A DNA stretch of 64,000 bases. Origin: Candidatus Synechococcus spongiarum SP3 (lineage in GTDB: Bacteria; Cyanobacteriota; Cyanobacteriia; PCC-6307; Cyanobiaceae). Positions 29,550 to 40,684 of the stretch are shown here, piece after piece (positions within the stretch are counted from its first letter, which is position 1; each line of letters opens with the position of its first letter). The notes beneath the pieces were generated by a model. That model was not told the DNA's origin. It did not search any database and was given only the letters and a program-made list of their open reading frames with translations. Where the stretch lies: assembly GCA_001007665.1 (NCBI GenBank), contig JXQG01000002.1:14639-78638 (forward strand). Reading direction: 5' to 3'. The position numbers and the translations under genes are program-made.

Positions 29550-30497
29550 GTGGGTCACAAGCAACCAGGCCTCATCGTGATCCTTGGCCCCACGGCCAGC
29601 GGCAAATCTGCCCTGGCTCTGGACATGGCCTGCCGCCTCAACCTCCCCGTCCTCAATGCAGACTCTCGCCAAGTGTATCGGGGGATGGACGTGGGTACTG
29701 CCAAGGCTACTCCGGCGCAGCAGCGTCTGGCGCCCCATTGCCTGTTGGATCTGCGGGATCCCGACCAACCCATGACGGTTCAGGAGTTCCAGGCTCTGGC
29801 CCGGCAGTGCATCCTGCATTTCCACAGGCGCGGGATCACCCCGCTGCTGGTGGGAGGAAGTGGGCTCTACCTGGCGGCCATCACCCAAGGACTCTGCCCC
29901 CCGGCGCTGCCACCCCAGCCGGCCTTGCGGCACCAGCTTACCGCCTTGGGTCAGTCCCACTGCCACGGTCTGCTGCGCTGTGCCGATCCTGTGGCCGCCC
30001 ACCGTATTCACCCCAACGACAGGGTCCGCACCCAACGGGCGTTGGAGGTGATCTACGGTACCGGTTCTGCCCACTCCCTCCAGCAAAGACGCTGTCCTCC
30101 CACCTATCCCATCCTGGAAATCGGCTTGGCCCCGGAGGATCTCCATCACCGCATTCGCCAGCGCACCGCGGCCATGGTTGCCGGTGGCCTTCTGGAAGAA
30201 ACACAGCAACTGATAGAGCGCTTTGGGCCGCAGCTACCGCTCCTGCAGACCATGGGCTACCGGGAGGCCTGCCAGCTACTGATGGGGCGCATGGACCATC
30301 AGCAGGCGGTGGCTGCCATGAACCGCCGTACTCGTCAATATGCCAAGCGGCAGCTCACCTGGTTTCGTGGTCAACATCAGCCCCACTGGCTCACCGGTGC
30401 CCAGGCCCAACGCTGGCACACCATTACCCAGGATCTGCGACAAAACATTGTGGATTTGGTAAGAAAACCGACCGACAGCGACCCTGTATCGGCTTAG
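29550..30497 (+). CDS. miaA: tRNA dimethylallyltransferase
   Basis: LIVILGPTASGKSALALDMA (P-loop), NADSRQVYRGMDVGTAK and YAKRQLTWFR. The GTG at 29550 is the likely start; the track ORF opens at 29454. Confidence 0.9.
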   Translation: MGHKQPGLIVILGPTASGKSALALDMACRLNLPVLNADSRQVYRGMDVGTAKATPAQQRLAPHCLLDLRDPDQPMTVQEFQALARQCILHFHRRGITPLLVGGSGLYLAAITQGLCPPALPPQPALRHQLTALGQSHCHGLLRCADPVAAHRIHPNDRVRTQRALEVIYGTGSAHSLQQRRCPPTYPILEIGLAPEDLHHRIRQRTAAMVAGGLLEETQQLIERFGPQLPLLQTMGYREACQLLMGRMDHQQAVAAMNRRTRQYAKRQLTWFRGQHQPHWLTGAQAQRWHTITQDLRQNIVDLVRKPTDSDPVSA

Positions 30498-30505
30498 GAT
30501 GACGG

Positions 30506-31258
30506 TTGATTCAGGGCTTGTCGTCAGCCCTCATTTCACCCACTACCGCGAATTTGGCCCCTCGTCCCCGCTTTGATCGCCGCCTCCCGGTCCGTGAGCT
30601 TCCCAACATCAATGAGCGGATTACTTATCCCACGCTGCGGGTTGTTGATGCGGACGGAACCCAGCTTGGCGTCATCAGCCGGGACGAGGCGTTGCAGGTT
30701 GCTCAGGATCGCGAGTTGGACCTGGTGCTGGTGAGCGAAAAGGCGAATCCGCCTGTTTGCCGGGTGATGGACTATGGAAAATTCAAGTTCGAGCAAGAGA
30801 AAAAGGCCAAGGAAGCCAAGAAAAAGTCCCACCAGACCGAGGTGAAAGAGGTAAAGATGCGCTACAAGATTGACCAGCACGACTACGATGTGCGCATCAG
30901 GCAGGCCAGCCGGTTCCTGAAGGCTGGCGACAAGGTGAAATGCACGGTCATCTTCCGTGGCCGAGAGATTCAGCACGTCAGCTTGGCGGAAAAGCTGCTG
31001 TTCCGCTTGGCTGGTGATTTGGAGGAGCAGGCGGAGGTCCAGCAGACGCCCAAGCGGGAGGGGCGCAACATGATCATGTTCCTGACTCCGCGCCGCACAC
31101 CGCTGGTGAAGCCCGACAAGCCAACCCGGCCAGGCAGCAGCAATCCAACCGTCAGGAGTGGCCCGTCGGCGTCCCACGGGGAGCAACGCCGGTCCCGTCC
31201 TCGCCGTTCGGTGAACTCCAATCCAGCCGTTGTGGCACGGGATGGGACCATGCCGTAG
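30506..31258 (+). CDS. infC: Translation initiation factor IF-3 with a basic Pro/Ser/Arg-rich C-terminal extension
   Basis: [63 protein letters not shown]...VIFRGREI. The start codon is uncertain, since IF-3 genes often use atypical starts. Confidence 0.9.
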   Translation: MIQGLSSALISPTTANLAPRPRFDRRLPVRELPNINERITYPTLRVVDADGTQLGVISRDEALQVAQDRELDLVLVSEKANPPVCRVMDYGKFKFEQEKKAKEAKKKSHQTEVKEVKMRYKIDQHDYDVRIRQASRFLKAGDKVKCTVIFRGREIQHVSLAEKLLFRLAGDLEEQAEVQQTPKREGRNMIMFLTPRRTPLVKPDKPTRPGSSNPTVRSGPSASHGEQRRSRPRRSVNSNPAVVARDGTMP

Positions 31259-31284
31259 GCTTGTGACAGTTACCAACTGTCCAC

Positions 31285-32337
31285 GTGCGCTTCCTGGTCC
31301 AACCCGATATCCCTGTGTCGGCTTCCTTGCAGATCTACAGCCAGTTGTCTTTCGCCATTGCATCCCGGTTTTACCTCCCTGGACATCGCCTGCCCAGCAC
31401 ACGGCAGTTGGCCATGCAGACCAGCCTGCATCGCAACACGGTCAGCAAGGTCTATCGGCAACTGGAGGCCCATGGCATCGTCGAGGCAGTGGCCGGCTCA
31501 GGGGTGTACGTGTGCGGCCAAACCCCTGCCAAACCAAAAAAGACCCCTACCAAGCCAAAAAAGAAAACCGGCCAGCGCAGGGGTGCTGACTTCAGTTCTG
31601 GCCAAGGCCAAACCCAGGAGATGGAACGCTGCATTAACACCCTGCTCTGTGGCGGCCTCACCCTGCAAGAGGTTCTCCACCGACTCACTACGGAAATCAA
31701 CTGGCGCATCAGTTGTGGCGTCCAGGTGCTGGTAAGTACACCAAAAGATGATTTGGGGGCTGCACAACTGATGGCCAGGGAGTTGACGACATTGCCGATT
31801 CCTGTGGCCGTGGTTCCCCTGGAGTGTTTGGGCCAGCGCCTGACGGCCCTTGCCCAAGAGGGGAAAAAGGCCACAGTGGTGACCAGCCGCTACTTCCTCA
31901 AACCGGCAGAGGAGGTGACCAGAGCCCATCAAATGCGATGCCTGGCCCTGGATCTCAATTCCTTTGACAATGAACTCAATATGATTTCCCAACTCCGCAC
32001 CGATACCTGCGTGGGCCTGGCGAGCATCAGCCCCGGGATCCTCCGTGCAGCAGAACTGATTCTCCAGGCCCAGCGGGGGCAAGAGTTGCTGGTGATGACC
32101 TCCGTGGTGGACCTGGACAATCCCCATGTCGGGAGGAAGCAACTGCTGAGTCTTTGCAGAGCCTCGGGCACGGTCCTGTGTGACCAGCCCAGCCATCCCG
32201 TTGTGGAGGCCACCATTCGTCAGTACCGTTCCCAGATGCTGCGGGTCCCGAATCTCCACTGTGTTGCCCACTACCTGCGCCCGGAGACAGTGGACAGGCT
32301 GAGCCGAGAGATGGGCCTGAGCAGTCCTGTTGCCTGA
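31285..32337 (+). CDS. GntR-family transcriptional regulator (cyanobacterial PlmA-like)
   Basis: N-terminal winged HTH IYSQLSFAIASRFYLPGHRLPSTRQLAMQTSLHRNTVSKVYRQLEAHGIVEAVAGSGVYV, followed by about 250 aa of non-aminotransferase C-terminal domain. Confidence 0.7.
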   Translation: MRFLVQPDIPVSASLQIYSQLSFAIASRFYLPGHRLPSTRQLAMQTSLHRNTVSKVYRQLEAHGIVEAVAGSGVYVCGQTPAKPKKTPTKPKKKTGQRRGADFSSGQGQTQEMERCINTLLCGGLTLQEVLHRLTTEINWRISCGVQVLVSTPKDDLGAAQLMARELTTLPIPVAVVPLECLGQRLTALAQEGKKATVVTSRYFLKPAEEVTRAHQMRCLALDLNSFDNELNMISQLRTDTCVGLASISPGILRAAELILQAQRGQELLVMTSVVDLDNPHVGRKQLLSLCRASGTVLCDQPSHPVVEATIRQYRSQMLRVPNLHCVAHYLRPETVDRLSREMGLSSPVA

Positions 32338-32394
32338 ATCAGCCATTTTGCACAAGCCGGGTACGGCTGTCAGGATGGGTGCTGATCCAATCCC

Positions 32395-33156
32395 ATGGCC
32401 ATGCGCACGCTTTTGGCTGACTTCCGGATGATTCGGGAGCGCGACCCGGCGGCCCGGAACTGGCTGGAGTCCCTGATCTGCTACCCAGGCTTCCACGCTT
32501 TGGTGCTTCATCGCTTCAGCCATAAGCTCTGGCACCTGGGGCTGCCCTTGCTGCCTCGCCTGATTTCCCATCTCGGGCGTCTCCTGACAGGTGTGGAGAT
32601 TCACCCTGGCGCCCGTATTGCTGCAGGGGTGTTCATTGATCATGGGATGGGTGTGGTGATTGGCGAGACCACGGAGATTGGAGAGGGCTGCACCCTCTAC
32701 CAGGGGGTAACCCTGGGCGGGACAGGCAAGGAGACCGGCAAGCGCCATCCCACCCTGGATCGCAATGTGGTTGTGGGCGCTGGCGCAAAGGTGCTGGGGG
32801 CCATCACCATTGGCGCCAACACCCGTGTGGGCGCTGGCTCGGTTGTGGTGAAAGATGTGCCCCGTCACTGCACGGTGGTGGGGATTCCGGGCCGGGTCAT
32901 TCACCGCTCCGGGGTGCGGGTGGATCCCTTGGCCCATTCCCAACTGCCGGATGCGGAAGCCCGCATTATCCGTAACCTCATGGACCGTATTGACGCCTTG
33001 GAGGGGGAGGTGATTGCCCTACAGGAGTGCTTGCGGGACGTGGCGGCTGGAAGGCCACTGCGTCCCCGCTGTGGAGGGCAGGCCCAGAGCCTGCAAGATC
33101 GGGAGATCATCGAGTTCTTCAGTGGCCAGGATGATGCGCAGAATGGTGATTCCTGA
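32395..33156 (+). CDS. cysE: Serine O-acetyltransferase
   Basis: [34 protein letters not shown] and the hexapeptide region [41 protein letters not shown]. Confidence 0.9.
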   Translation: MAMRTLLADFRMIRERDPAARNWLESLICYPGFHALVLHRFSHKLWHLGLPLLPRLISHLGRLLTGVEIHPGARIAAGVFIDHGMGVVIGETTEIGEGCTLYQGVTLGGTGKETGKRHPTLDRNVVVGAGAKVLGAITIGANTRVGAGSVVVKDVPRHCTVVGIPGRVIHRSGVRVDPLAHSQLPDAEARIIRNLMDRIDALEGEVIALQECLRDVAAGRPLRPRCGGQAQSLQDREIIEFFSGQDDAQNGDS

Positions 33157-33182
33157 TCCCGGCCCATTACGGACCGTGTATC

Positions 33183-36038
33183 TCAGACAATCACCTCACG
33201 ACCGGGGGGCGTGGATACGGCAGGGGGGCGTGGTGGTTCAAACATGAACATGGAGTAGATAACATTACGGCGCATTTGGGTCATCATCTCCAAAAACATG
33301 GTGTATCCTTCATTCTTATATTCAATCAGGGGATCTTTCTGGCCATATCCCCGTAGATTGACCGACTCCCGCAGAGCATCCATGCTCTGCAAATGTCCAC
33401 GCCAAAGTGTGTCAATCTGTTGTAAGATAAAGAAGCGCTCAGCCTGACGCATCAAGTTGGGTTGGATTTCATTCACCTGGGCCGCTTTGATTTCGTAGGC
33501 ACTGCGTAGCTGTTCGCAAAGGAAAGCCTTGAGTTCTTCAACCTTGAGACCCAAGAGATCCTGAGACTGCAGATCGCTGAGCAAGTGAACAAATTCTTTC
33601 ACTTTGCCCACCAGCCGATCCAGCGACCATTCCTCGGGGGGGAGCTCAGGGTCTACGTAGGCATCAACAATGTCTTCCATGGTGCGCTCTCCATAACTCA
33701 AAACCTGTTGTTTCAGTTGATCTCCCTTCAAAACACGGTGCCGCTCCGCATAAATTGCACGCCGCTGATTATTCATCACTTGGTCATAATCAAAGACTTG
33801 TTTACGAATATCAAAATAATAGATTTCCACTTTCTTCTGGGCAGACTCCAGGGAGCGGGTCAGCAAGCCGGATTCAATGGGCATGTCCTCGTCAACGCGG
33901 AAGGCATCCATCACCTTGGCCACCCGATCACCACCAAAAATACGCAACAAGCTGTCTTCCAAAGACAGGAAGAAGCGGCTACTCCCCGGATCCCCCTGGC
34001 GGCCGGAGCGGCCCCGCAACTGGTTGTCTACGCGCCGTGACTCATGGCGTTCCGTACCGATCACATGGAGGCCGCCGCGACTGGTCACGTCCTCCTGCTC
34101 ACGATCCGTCACCCCGTCGTACTCCCCACGAATGCGCTGCATCAGCTGCCGTAGTCTTTGAATCAAGGGATCCTGAACGGGAGCTTTCTCTGCCGCCACA
34201 TTGAGGCGCTCATCCAACGTAATGAGGCTCAGGCGGCGCTCTCCCCAAGCCTGGGCCAGGTCCCCACTCAGCTTCCTGAGGTACTGTTCTGCTTCCGGAC
34301 TGAGGGGGCAAGGGAACAGCTTGGCCAGACGGCGGGACTGCTCCTGTTGACGCTGGCGTTGCAGGGCTTCCGCCTGGACTGGATTCAACCGCTGCTTGTC
34401 CAACATACCGCCCATGAGCTGGGGATCCTCCGGGTTGACCAACCGGGGCAGCAACGCTTCGCGGATTCGCAGGCGCGCCATGTAGTCCGTGTTGCCCCCG
34501 AGGATAATGTCCGTACCGCGGCCCGCCATGTTGGTGGAGATGGTCACAGCGCCAGCACGACCCGCCTGGGCAATGATTTCCGCTTCTCGCTCCACGTTTT
34601 CCGGCTTGGCATTCAACAGGTTGTGGGGAATGCTGCGCTCTCTCAGCAAACCGCTGATCAGCTCGGATTTCTCCACACTCGTGGTGCCCACCAGGACGGG
34701 TCGCGCCGCCTCGTGTTCCTTGGCAATCTCGTCAGCGACAGCGCGCCACTTGGCGATTTCTGTCTTGAACACCTGATCCGGCAGGTCTTTGCGAACCAGG
34801 GGACGGTTGGTGGGAACAACCGTCACTTCCAGGTTATAGGTTTTCTCCAGCTCGGTCTCCTCTGTTTTTGCGGTACCGGTCATGCCGGCAAGACGGGGAT
34901 AGAGCAGGAACAGGTTCTGGTAGGTGATGGTTGCCATGGTCTGGGTTTCTGCCTGGATCTCCAGACTTTCCTTGGCTTCAATGGCCTGGTGCTGGCCATC
35001 GCTCCACCGTCGTGTTGGCATTACGCGCCCGGTGAACTCATCCACAATCACCGCTTTATCCTCACGAACAATATAATTGACGTCTTTAATGAACAATTCT
35101 TTTGCTTTGAGAGCGTTATTGACATAATGAGCCCAAGGATCCTTGGGGTCAAAGAGATCCTTGACCTGCAACAGCTTTTCCACTTTCTCAAAGCCTTGAT
35201 CCGTCAGCATCACATTGCGCTGTTTCTCGTCCACCTCGTAATCTCCCTCAGGCTCCACCCCGTCTTTTGTCATCCCTTCGGCCCGCAGCAACTGGGCCGC
35301 GATGGAGGCGGCTTCCTTGTATTTCTCCTGGGGACGCTCCACCTGACCGGAGATAATCAAAGGAGTACGGGACTCGTCCACCAAAATGGAATCCACCTCG
35401 TCAATAATGCAATAGTGAAAATCTCGCTGCACCAGATCCTTAAGATCCGTGGCCATATTGTCCCGTAGATAGTCAAAGCCCAGCTCACTGTTGGTGACAT
35501 AGGTGATATCGCAGGCATAATTGCGCTGACGCTCCCCAGGTCTCATCTCCTGCTGGATCAAGCCGACACTCAGGCCCAAAAAGCGATGAATCTGCCCCAC
35601 CCACTCCGTATCGCGGCGGGCCAGGTAGTCATTGACGGTGACGATATGCACTCCTTGCCCCGTCAAAGCATTGAGGTAAGCGGGCAGGGTTGCCACCAGG
35701 GTTTTGCCTTCCCCTGTTTTCATCTCTGCAATTTGGCCGTCGTGGAGCACCATCCCGCCAATGAGTTGCACGTCAAAGTGACGCATGTCCAGCACGCGCT
35801 TGCCCGCCTCCCGCACCACAGCGAAGGCTTCCGGCAACAACTGATCCATCACCTCAAGACGTTGCTCCGGCTGATGAACACCTGCAAAGCGCTCTCGGAA
35901 TCCCTGTGTCCGCCCCCGCAACTCCTGGTCGGTCAGGGCTGCCACCTGCTCCTCAAGGCCGTTGATCCGGGCCACAAGGGGTTGGTACCGTTTCAGCTTT
36001 CGGGCGTTGGGGTCACCCAGAAGCAGCTTGAGCATCAT
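33183..36038 (-). CDS. secA: Preprotein translocase ATPase SecA
   Basis: [17 protein letters not shown].., [12 protein letters not shown] (Walker A), [13 protein letters not shown] and [10 protein letters not shown]. Length is 951 aa. Confidence 0.97.
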   Translation of the reverse strand: MMLKLLLGDPNARKLKRYQPLVARINGLEEQVAALTDQELRGRTQGFRERFAGVHQPEQRLEVMDQLLPEAFAVVREAGKRVLDMRHFDVQLIGGMVLHDGQIAEMKTGEGKTLVATLPAYLNALTGQGVHIVTVNDYLARRDTEWVGQIHRFLGLSVGLIQQEMRPGERQRNYACDITYVTNSELGFDYLRDNMATDLKDLVQRDFHYCIIDEVDSILVDESRTPLIISGQVERPQEKYKEAASIAAQLLRAEGMTKDGVEPEGDYEVDEKQRNVMLTDQGFEKVEKLLQVKDLFDPKDPWAHYVNNALKAKELFIKDVNYIVREDKAVIVDEFTGRVMPTRRWSDGQHQAIEAKESLEIQAETQTMATITYQNLFLLYPRLAGMTGTAKTEETELEKTYNLEVTVVPTNRPLVRKDLPDQVFKTEIAKWRAVADEIAKEHEAARPVLVGTTSVEKSELISGLLRERSIPHNLLNAKPENVEREAEIIAQAGRAGAVTISTNMAGRGTDIILGGNTDYMARLRIREALLPRLVNPEDPQLMGGMLDKQRLNPVQAEALQRQRQQEQSRRLAKLFPCPLSPEAEQYLRKLSGDLAQAWGERRLSLITLDERLNVAAEKAPVQDPLIQRLRQLMQRIRGEYDGVTDREQEDVTSRGGLHVIGTERHESRRVDNQLRGRSGRQGDPGSSRFFLSLEDSLLRIFGGDRVAKVMDAFRVDEDMPIESGLLTRSLESAQKKVEIYYFDIRKQVFDYDQVMNNQRRAIYAERHRVLKGDQLKQQVLSYGERTMEDIVDAYVDPELPPEEWSLDRLVGKVKEFVHLLSDLQSQDLLGLKVEELKAFLCEQLRSAYEIKAAQVNEIQPNLMRQAERFFILQQIDTLWRGHLQSMDALRESVNLRGYGQKDPLIEYKNEGYTMFLEMMTQMRRNVIYSMFMFEPPRPPAVSTPPGREVIV

Positions 36039-36237
36039 GCGTCTCCAGCGGCAAAGGCTTCCTGACAGTGGACTGGACTGTCAACAGGCTGCCTTTGTTG
36101 ATGGGAACATCCTACCATTACGGCATCTCCTGGGGGACAATCTGATTCCAGGCAAGGCCAGGTTCTGGTCCAGGCTGGGTCACCAGTTCGTGATTTCCAG
36201 ACGTCACCCACCCCTTTCACCTGGGCCGGCAATCACT

Positions 36238-36723
36238 ATGCACAAGGACCCCAGTACACTGCGCAGCTTTTCTCACGGCAGCCGGCTCTTCCGACTCCCC
36301 GCCCTGCTGCGGGCGCCTCTGCAAAGCGCCTTGGAGGGGCATCCCCTGCCGGTGGGTCAACTGCAGGCACTGTTCATGAACAACAGCTTCTGGGCCCGTG
36401 AGCGGCGCCTTGCTGGTCTGCTGCGCTGCCTGCGGGGCTCGGACGTGATCGTGAGCACCTGGGATGGGGACGACCTGGTGGCTGTGGGGCGCGCCACCAG
36501 CGACGGCATCTATCGGGCTGTGCTCTGGGACGTGGTGGTCCGTCAAGATTGGCAAGGCCGTGGCGCAGGTCGGGCTGTGGTGAAACGTCTACTGGCGGCG
36601 CCAGCAGTGCGCCGTGCCGAGCGAGTCTATGCCATGACAACCCACGGAGCGGGCTTCTATCAGCGGCTGGGCTTCCATGAGGAAGAGAGTCAGCACCTCA
36701 TGCTTTTCCAGAAAGGCTCCTGA
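36238..36723 (+). CDS. GNAT-family N-acetyltransferase
   Basis: ..LVAVGRATSDGIYRAVLWDVVVRQDWQGRGAGRAVVKRLL...GAGFYQRLGF (acetyl-CoA binding Q/RxxGxG/A motif). ATG at 36238 is preferred to the track start at 35962, which overlaps secA. Confidence 0.7.
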   Translation: MHKDPSTLRSFSHGSRLFRLPALLRAPLQSALEGHPLPVGQLQALFMNNSFWARERRLAGLLRCLRGSDVIVSTWDGDDLVAVGRATSDGIYRAVLWDVVVRQDWQGRGAGRAVVKRLLAAPAVRRAERVYAMTTHGAGFYQRLGFHEEESQHLMLFQKGS

Positions 36724-36760
36724 AATCGGATCTTGAAATCTCTGGAATCAACTGGGATCA

Positions 36761-36832
36761 AGCGGATGAAGAGACTCGAACTCTCGACCCTCTCCTTGGC
36801 AAGGAGATGCTCTACCACTGAGCTACATCCGC
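36761..36832 (-). tRNA. tRNA-Gly (anticodon GCC)
   Basis: The minus strand reads GCGGATGTAGCTCAGTGGTAGAGCATCTCCTTGCCAAGGAGAGGGTCGAGAGTTCGAGTCTCTTCATCCGCT. It folds as a cloverleaf with a 7-bp acceptor stem, anticodon loop TTGCCAA and a T-loop TTCGAGT. CCA is not encoded. Confidence 0.9.
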
Positions 36833-36911
36833 AACTGGCTGGGCAACGCCACGCTTGGATGCCCAGCATGAACCATGCAGGGGGCATCTGTCAATGGGTG
36901 ACGGCAACGGG

Positions 36912-37403
36912 TTACGGGGAGGCAGGCAGCACCTCCATGAGACTGGCCATCTCAAGAGCCTCAAGGCCATAGGTCCAGCCCAGGTTGCTCTTGATGCCGG
37001 CCCGCTCCAGGGCCTGCTGCAGAGTATCGGTGGTGAGGACGCCAAAGATCACCGGAATGCCACTGTCCCGGGCAACACTGGCCACCCCCTTGGAGACCTC
37101 GGCAATGACCACGTCAAAGTGGGGCGTATCGCCACGGATCACGGCCCCCAGGGCAATGATCACCTGATAGCGGCCACTGCGGGCCAGATGTTGAGCCACC
37201 ACAGGAATTTCAAAACTCCCTGGCACCCACACCGTATCCAGTTGGGAACTGGTCTCGCTGGTGTCAATGCCATGGCGGGTCAGGCAGTCGAGGCAGCCGG
37301 AGAGCAGCCGGGTAGTGATGAGCTCGTTGAAACGGGCCACCACCAGACCAATGTGGACGCCGCCCAACTCCAGAGCGGTAAAGTTTCCTTCAAACGTGCT
37401 CAC
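36912..37403 (-). CDS. ribH: 6,7-dimethyl-8-ribityllumazine synthase
   Basis: [52 protein letters not shown]. Confidence 0.93.
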   Translation of the reverse strand: MSTFEGNFTALELGGVHIGLVVARFNELITTRLLSGCLDCLTRHGIDTSETSSQLDTVWVPGSFEIPVVAQHLARSGRYQVIIALGAVIRGDTPHFDVVIAEVSKGVASVARDSGIPVIFGVLTTDTLQQALERAGIKSNLGWTYGLEALEMASLMEVLPASP

Positions 37404-37439
37404 TTGCGGGGGTGCTCCTGGGCAATACAGCCTGGATGG

Positions 37440-37628
37440 TCAGGCCACAAAGACACTCATACCCCAATTCAGCAGCACCAGGCCAATCCAGACAGCGCTG
37501 CCCAGAAGAATCAACCGGTTGGAGCGACCGCTGTCTTCACCGCTGGCATAGAGCACCGGCACAGCCACCACCATGGCAAAGCTCATGACCACCAGGAGGA
37601 AAACAGTGAACACATTGAGAATCTGCAT
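37440..37628 (-). CDS. psbZ: Photosystem II protein PsbZ (Ycf9)
   Basis: A 62-aa two-TM protein, MQILNVFTVFLLVVMSFAMVVAVPVLYASGEDSGRSNRLILLGSAVWIGLVLLNWGMSVFVA, starting at the internal ATG of the 107-aa track ORF. Confidence 0.9.
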   Translation of the reverse strand: MQILNVFTVFLLVVMSFAMVVAVPVLYASGEDSGRSNRLILLGSAVWIGLVLLNWGMSVFVA

Positions 37629-37725
37629 GGGTACGCAGCAGGGATAGGAGACTCCACACAACAGTCTTCCACGAAAACCATGCACTTGCGGTTTTCTGCC
37701 TACGATCCGCAACAGCCTGTGGGAG

Positions 37726-40446
37726 TTGGAAAAGATGGGTGATGCGGCAGAGCCCCGGCGCAATGAACAGTTGGCCCTCGCCGGCCTTGAGACTGCCGCG
37801 GCAAATCCACGTCCCGCCGCTGCCGGTACCAGCCCCCAACCAGCAGCACCCCGGAACCGTCAGGCTCCCACCACCGCGCAGCAGCGCCAGCAGGACACTG
37901 GCGAGAAAACCTTGAGCCAAGGTCCCCGCTGGAGTCACCACAGCCAGGTGCCTTTCGCGGCCCTGACGCCCATGCTCCGCCACTACGTGGAGTTGAAGCG
38001 TCAACATCCCCAGCGCCTGCTTCTGTATCGCCTGGGGGACTTCTACGAGTGCTTCTTCGAGGATGCCGTCACCGCCTCCACCATGCTGGAGTTGACCCTG
38101 ACGGGCAAGGAAGGGGGGCGCGCCATTGGCCGGGTGCCCATGGCCGGCATTCCCCACCATGCCCTTGAGCGCTACGCCACCCAGTTGCTGCGCCATGGGC
38201 GCAGCGTGGCCATCTGTGATCAGCTGGAAACCACCGCCAGCAGTCATAAGGGCCTCTTGCGGCGGGACATCACCCGGGTGCTCACCCCTGGGACGGTGCT
38301 GGAAGAGGGGATGCTGAGCGCCCGGCACAACAATTGGCTGGCGGCGGTGCTGGCCAGTGACAACGGCCATGGGCCCGCCTGGGGTCTTGCCGTAGCGGAT
38401 GTGTCCACGGGGGAGTTCCAGGCCACCCAGGCGCGAAGCAGCAGCCAGTTGAACCAGGAGTTGCTCCGCCTGCGGGTGGCGGAACTGCTGCTTCCCCAAG
38501 GGGGTGACCACGAGGAAATCACGGCAGCCATGACGCCACCATCCTGGTGTCCCACGGGTCTGACGGTGGGCACAGTGCCCCGCCGTGCCTTCCAGCGCAT
38601 GGCGGCAGAGGCAGCGTTACAGGAGCGCTTCCGCTTGGCGGGGGTGTCCGGGCTGGGGCTCCATGCACTCCCCCTGGCCCTCGGCGCCTGCGGCGGATTG
38701 CTGCACTATCTGCAAGATACCCAGCGGGGCATGACCGTTCCCCTGGAGATGCCCAGAACCTACGCCCTGGACCAGCACCTGCAGATCGACCAGCACACCC
38801 ACCGCCATTTGGAGTTGACGGAAACCCAGCGGGACGGCCAGTGGCAAGGATCTCTGCTCTGGGCCATTGACCGCACCCTCACAGCCATGGGGGGACGCTG
38901 CCTGCGCCGCTGGTTGCAACGGCCCCTGGTGGATCTCCAAGCCATTGCCGCACGACAGGAGACCATTGCCACCCTGATGGCAACACCCAAGCTGCGGCAA
39001 GCCCTGCGCCGGGTGCTGCGCCCCATGGGGGATCTGGAGCGTCTGGCGGGGCGCTCGGCCAGTGGCACGGCAGGGGCCCGGGATCTGATGGCCCTGGCGG
39101 ATGGTCTGGAGCGGCTTGGGCAGTTGGCGGGCCTGCTCCGTGATGCCCATGGTCCCTATCTGCAACCCCTGCGCCACCGGGATCCCGCCCTGGTGGCACT
39201 CATGGAGATCACGCGACGGACGCTGGTGAGCAGCCCCCCCCTCTCCCTGATGGAGGGGGGCCTGATCCAGGACGGGGTGGACGATGTTCTGGATAAGCTG
39301 CGCCAACGGCTGGACGAAGACCACGCCTGGCTGAATCAACTGGAGCAGCGGGAACGGCAGGCCACGGGCATCGGCAGCCTGCGCCTGAACCTGCACCGCA
39401 GCTTTGGCTATTTCATCAGCATCAGCAAGAGTCGGGCGCACCAGGTTCCGGAGCGCTACATCCGCCGCCAGACCCTGGCCAACGAGGAACGATTCGTCAC
39501 ACCGGAACTGAAGGAGCGGGAGGGCCGCATCTTGTCCCTGCGCTCCCGCACGGCCCAGCGGGAATACGACCTGTTTTGCGCTCTACGCCAGCAGGTGGGG
39601 GAGCAGGCTGGGCCTATCCGCCACCGCGCCGCAGCCGTGGCGGATCTGGATGCCCTGGTGGGTCTGGCGGAGTTGGCAGCCACCCACAACTACTGCCGTC
39701 CCCACGTGGACGACAGCCGCACCATGACCATCACGGCGGGCCGCCACCCCGTGGTGGAGCAAAACCTGGTGCAGGGCACGTTCGTGGCCAACGACCTTGC
39801 CCTCGGCCTATCCCAGGGCGCCGACCTGATCATCCTCACGGGTCCCAATGCCAGTGGCAAAAGCTGCTACCTGCGTCAGACGGGCCTCCTCCAGCTTTTG
39901 GCGCAGATGGGCAGTTACGTGCCCGCAACGGAAGCACACCTGGGCCTCTGTGACCGGATCTTCTCCCGGGTTGGCGCCGTGGACGACCTGGCGGCAGGGC
40001 AGTCCACCTTCATGGTGGAGATGAGCGAAACCGCCAACATCCTCCACCACGCCACGGACCGCTCCCTGGTGTTGCTGGACGAGATTGGCCGTGGCACGGC
40101 CACCTTCGATGGACTGGCCATTGCCTGGGCCGTCGCCGAAGACCTGGCCACTCGCTTGGGGTCCCGCGCCATCTTTGCCACCCACTATCACGAGCTCAAC
40201 CACTTGGCCCAGCGTTTACCCAACGTGGTGAACCACCAAGTGGTGGTGGTGGAGGAAAACGACCGACTGGTGTTTCTCCACCAGGTGCGCCCGGGTGGCG
40301 CGGACCGCAGCTACGGCATTGAAGTGGCCCGCCTGGCGGGAATCCCCCAATCCGTAGTTCTGCGCGCCCGTCAGGTGCTCAGCGCCATTGAGGCCAATAG
40401 CCGCTTGGGGGTGGAGCCGGTGGAGGTGCCGCTGCAGGACCCGTAA
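37726..40446 (+). CDS. mutS: DNA mismatch repair protein MutS
   Basis: [48 protein letters not shown] (Walker A), [11 protein letters not shown] and THYHEL. About 75 N-terminal codons lie before the conserved core, so the start is uncertain. Confidence 0.95.
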   Translation: MEKMGDAAEPRRNEQLALAGLETAAANPRPAAAGTSPQPAAPRNRQAPTTAQQRQQDTGEKTLSQGPRWSHHSQVPFAALTPMLRHYVELKRQHPQRLLLYRLGDFYECFFEDAVTASTMLELTLTGKEGGRAIGRVPMAGIPHHALERYATQLLRHGRSVAICDQLETTASSHKGLLRRDITRVLTPGTVLEEGMLSARHNNWLAAVLASDNGHGPAWGLAVADVSTGEFQATQARSSSQLNQELLRLRVAELLLPQGGDHEEITAAMTPPSWCPTGLTVGTVPRRAFQRMAAEAALQERFRLAGVSGLGLHALPLALGACGGLLHYLQDTQRGMTVPLEMPRTYALDQHLQIDQHTHRHLELTETQRDGQWQGSLLWAIDRTLTAMGGRCLRRWLQRPLVDLQAIAARQETIATLMATPKLRQALRRVLRPMGDLERLAGRSASGTAGARDLMALADGLERLGQLAGLLRDAHGPYLQPLRHRDPALVALMEITRRTLVSSPPLSLMEGGLIQDGVDDVLDKLRQRLDEDHAWLNQLEQRERQATGIGSLRLNLHRSFGYFISISKSRAHQVPERYIRRQTLANEERFVTPELKEREGRILSLRSRTAQREYDLFCALRQQVGEQAGPIRHRAAAVADLDALVGLAELAATHNYCRPHVDDSRTMTITAGRHPVVEQNLVQGTFVANDLALGLSQGADLIILTGPNASGKSCYLRQTGLLQLLAQMGSYVPATEAHLGLCDRIFSRVGAVDDLAAGQSTFMVEMSETANILHHATDRSLVLLDEIGRGTATFDGLAIAWAVAEDLATRLGSRAIFATHYHELNHLAQRLPNVVNHQVVVVEENDRLVFLHQVRPGGADRSYGIEVARLAGIPQSVVLRARQVLSAIEANSRLGVEPVEVPLQDP

Positions 40447-40684
40447 CCATCAGACCTCCCCTGCCTGCCTGGATCAGACCCACTTGTGATGCCAGCGCCA
40501 TAGGAACACCCTTCAGTGTGTTGGCGATTGATTTTCTGTAAGACCACCCAGCATCTTTCGATTGTCCTTCGATTGTCCTTTGGAAAAGCATTGCCTGGAA
40601 AAATCCGGCTTCCTCCGCTCAGCGGGATACTTTTACCGGCCAGTAAAATGCAGTCTAAAATTTTTGCGTTCTCTTGCAAAGACA

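Noticed and set aside
31498-32943. 481-aa minus-strand ORF
   Set aside because: It is antisense to the GntR-like gene and cysE and has no recognisable motifs. It is a high-GC artefact.
34158-35468. 436-aa plus-strand ORF
   Set aside because: It is antisense to secA.
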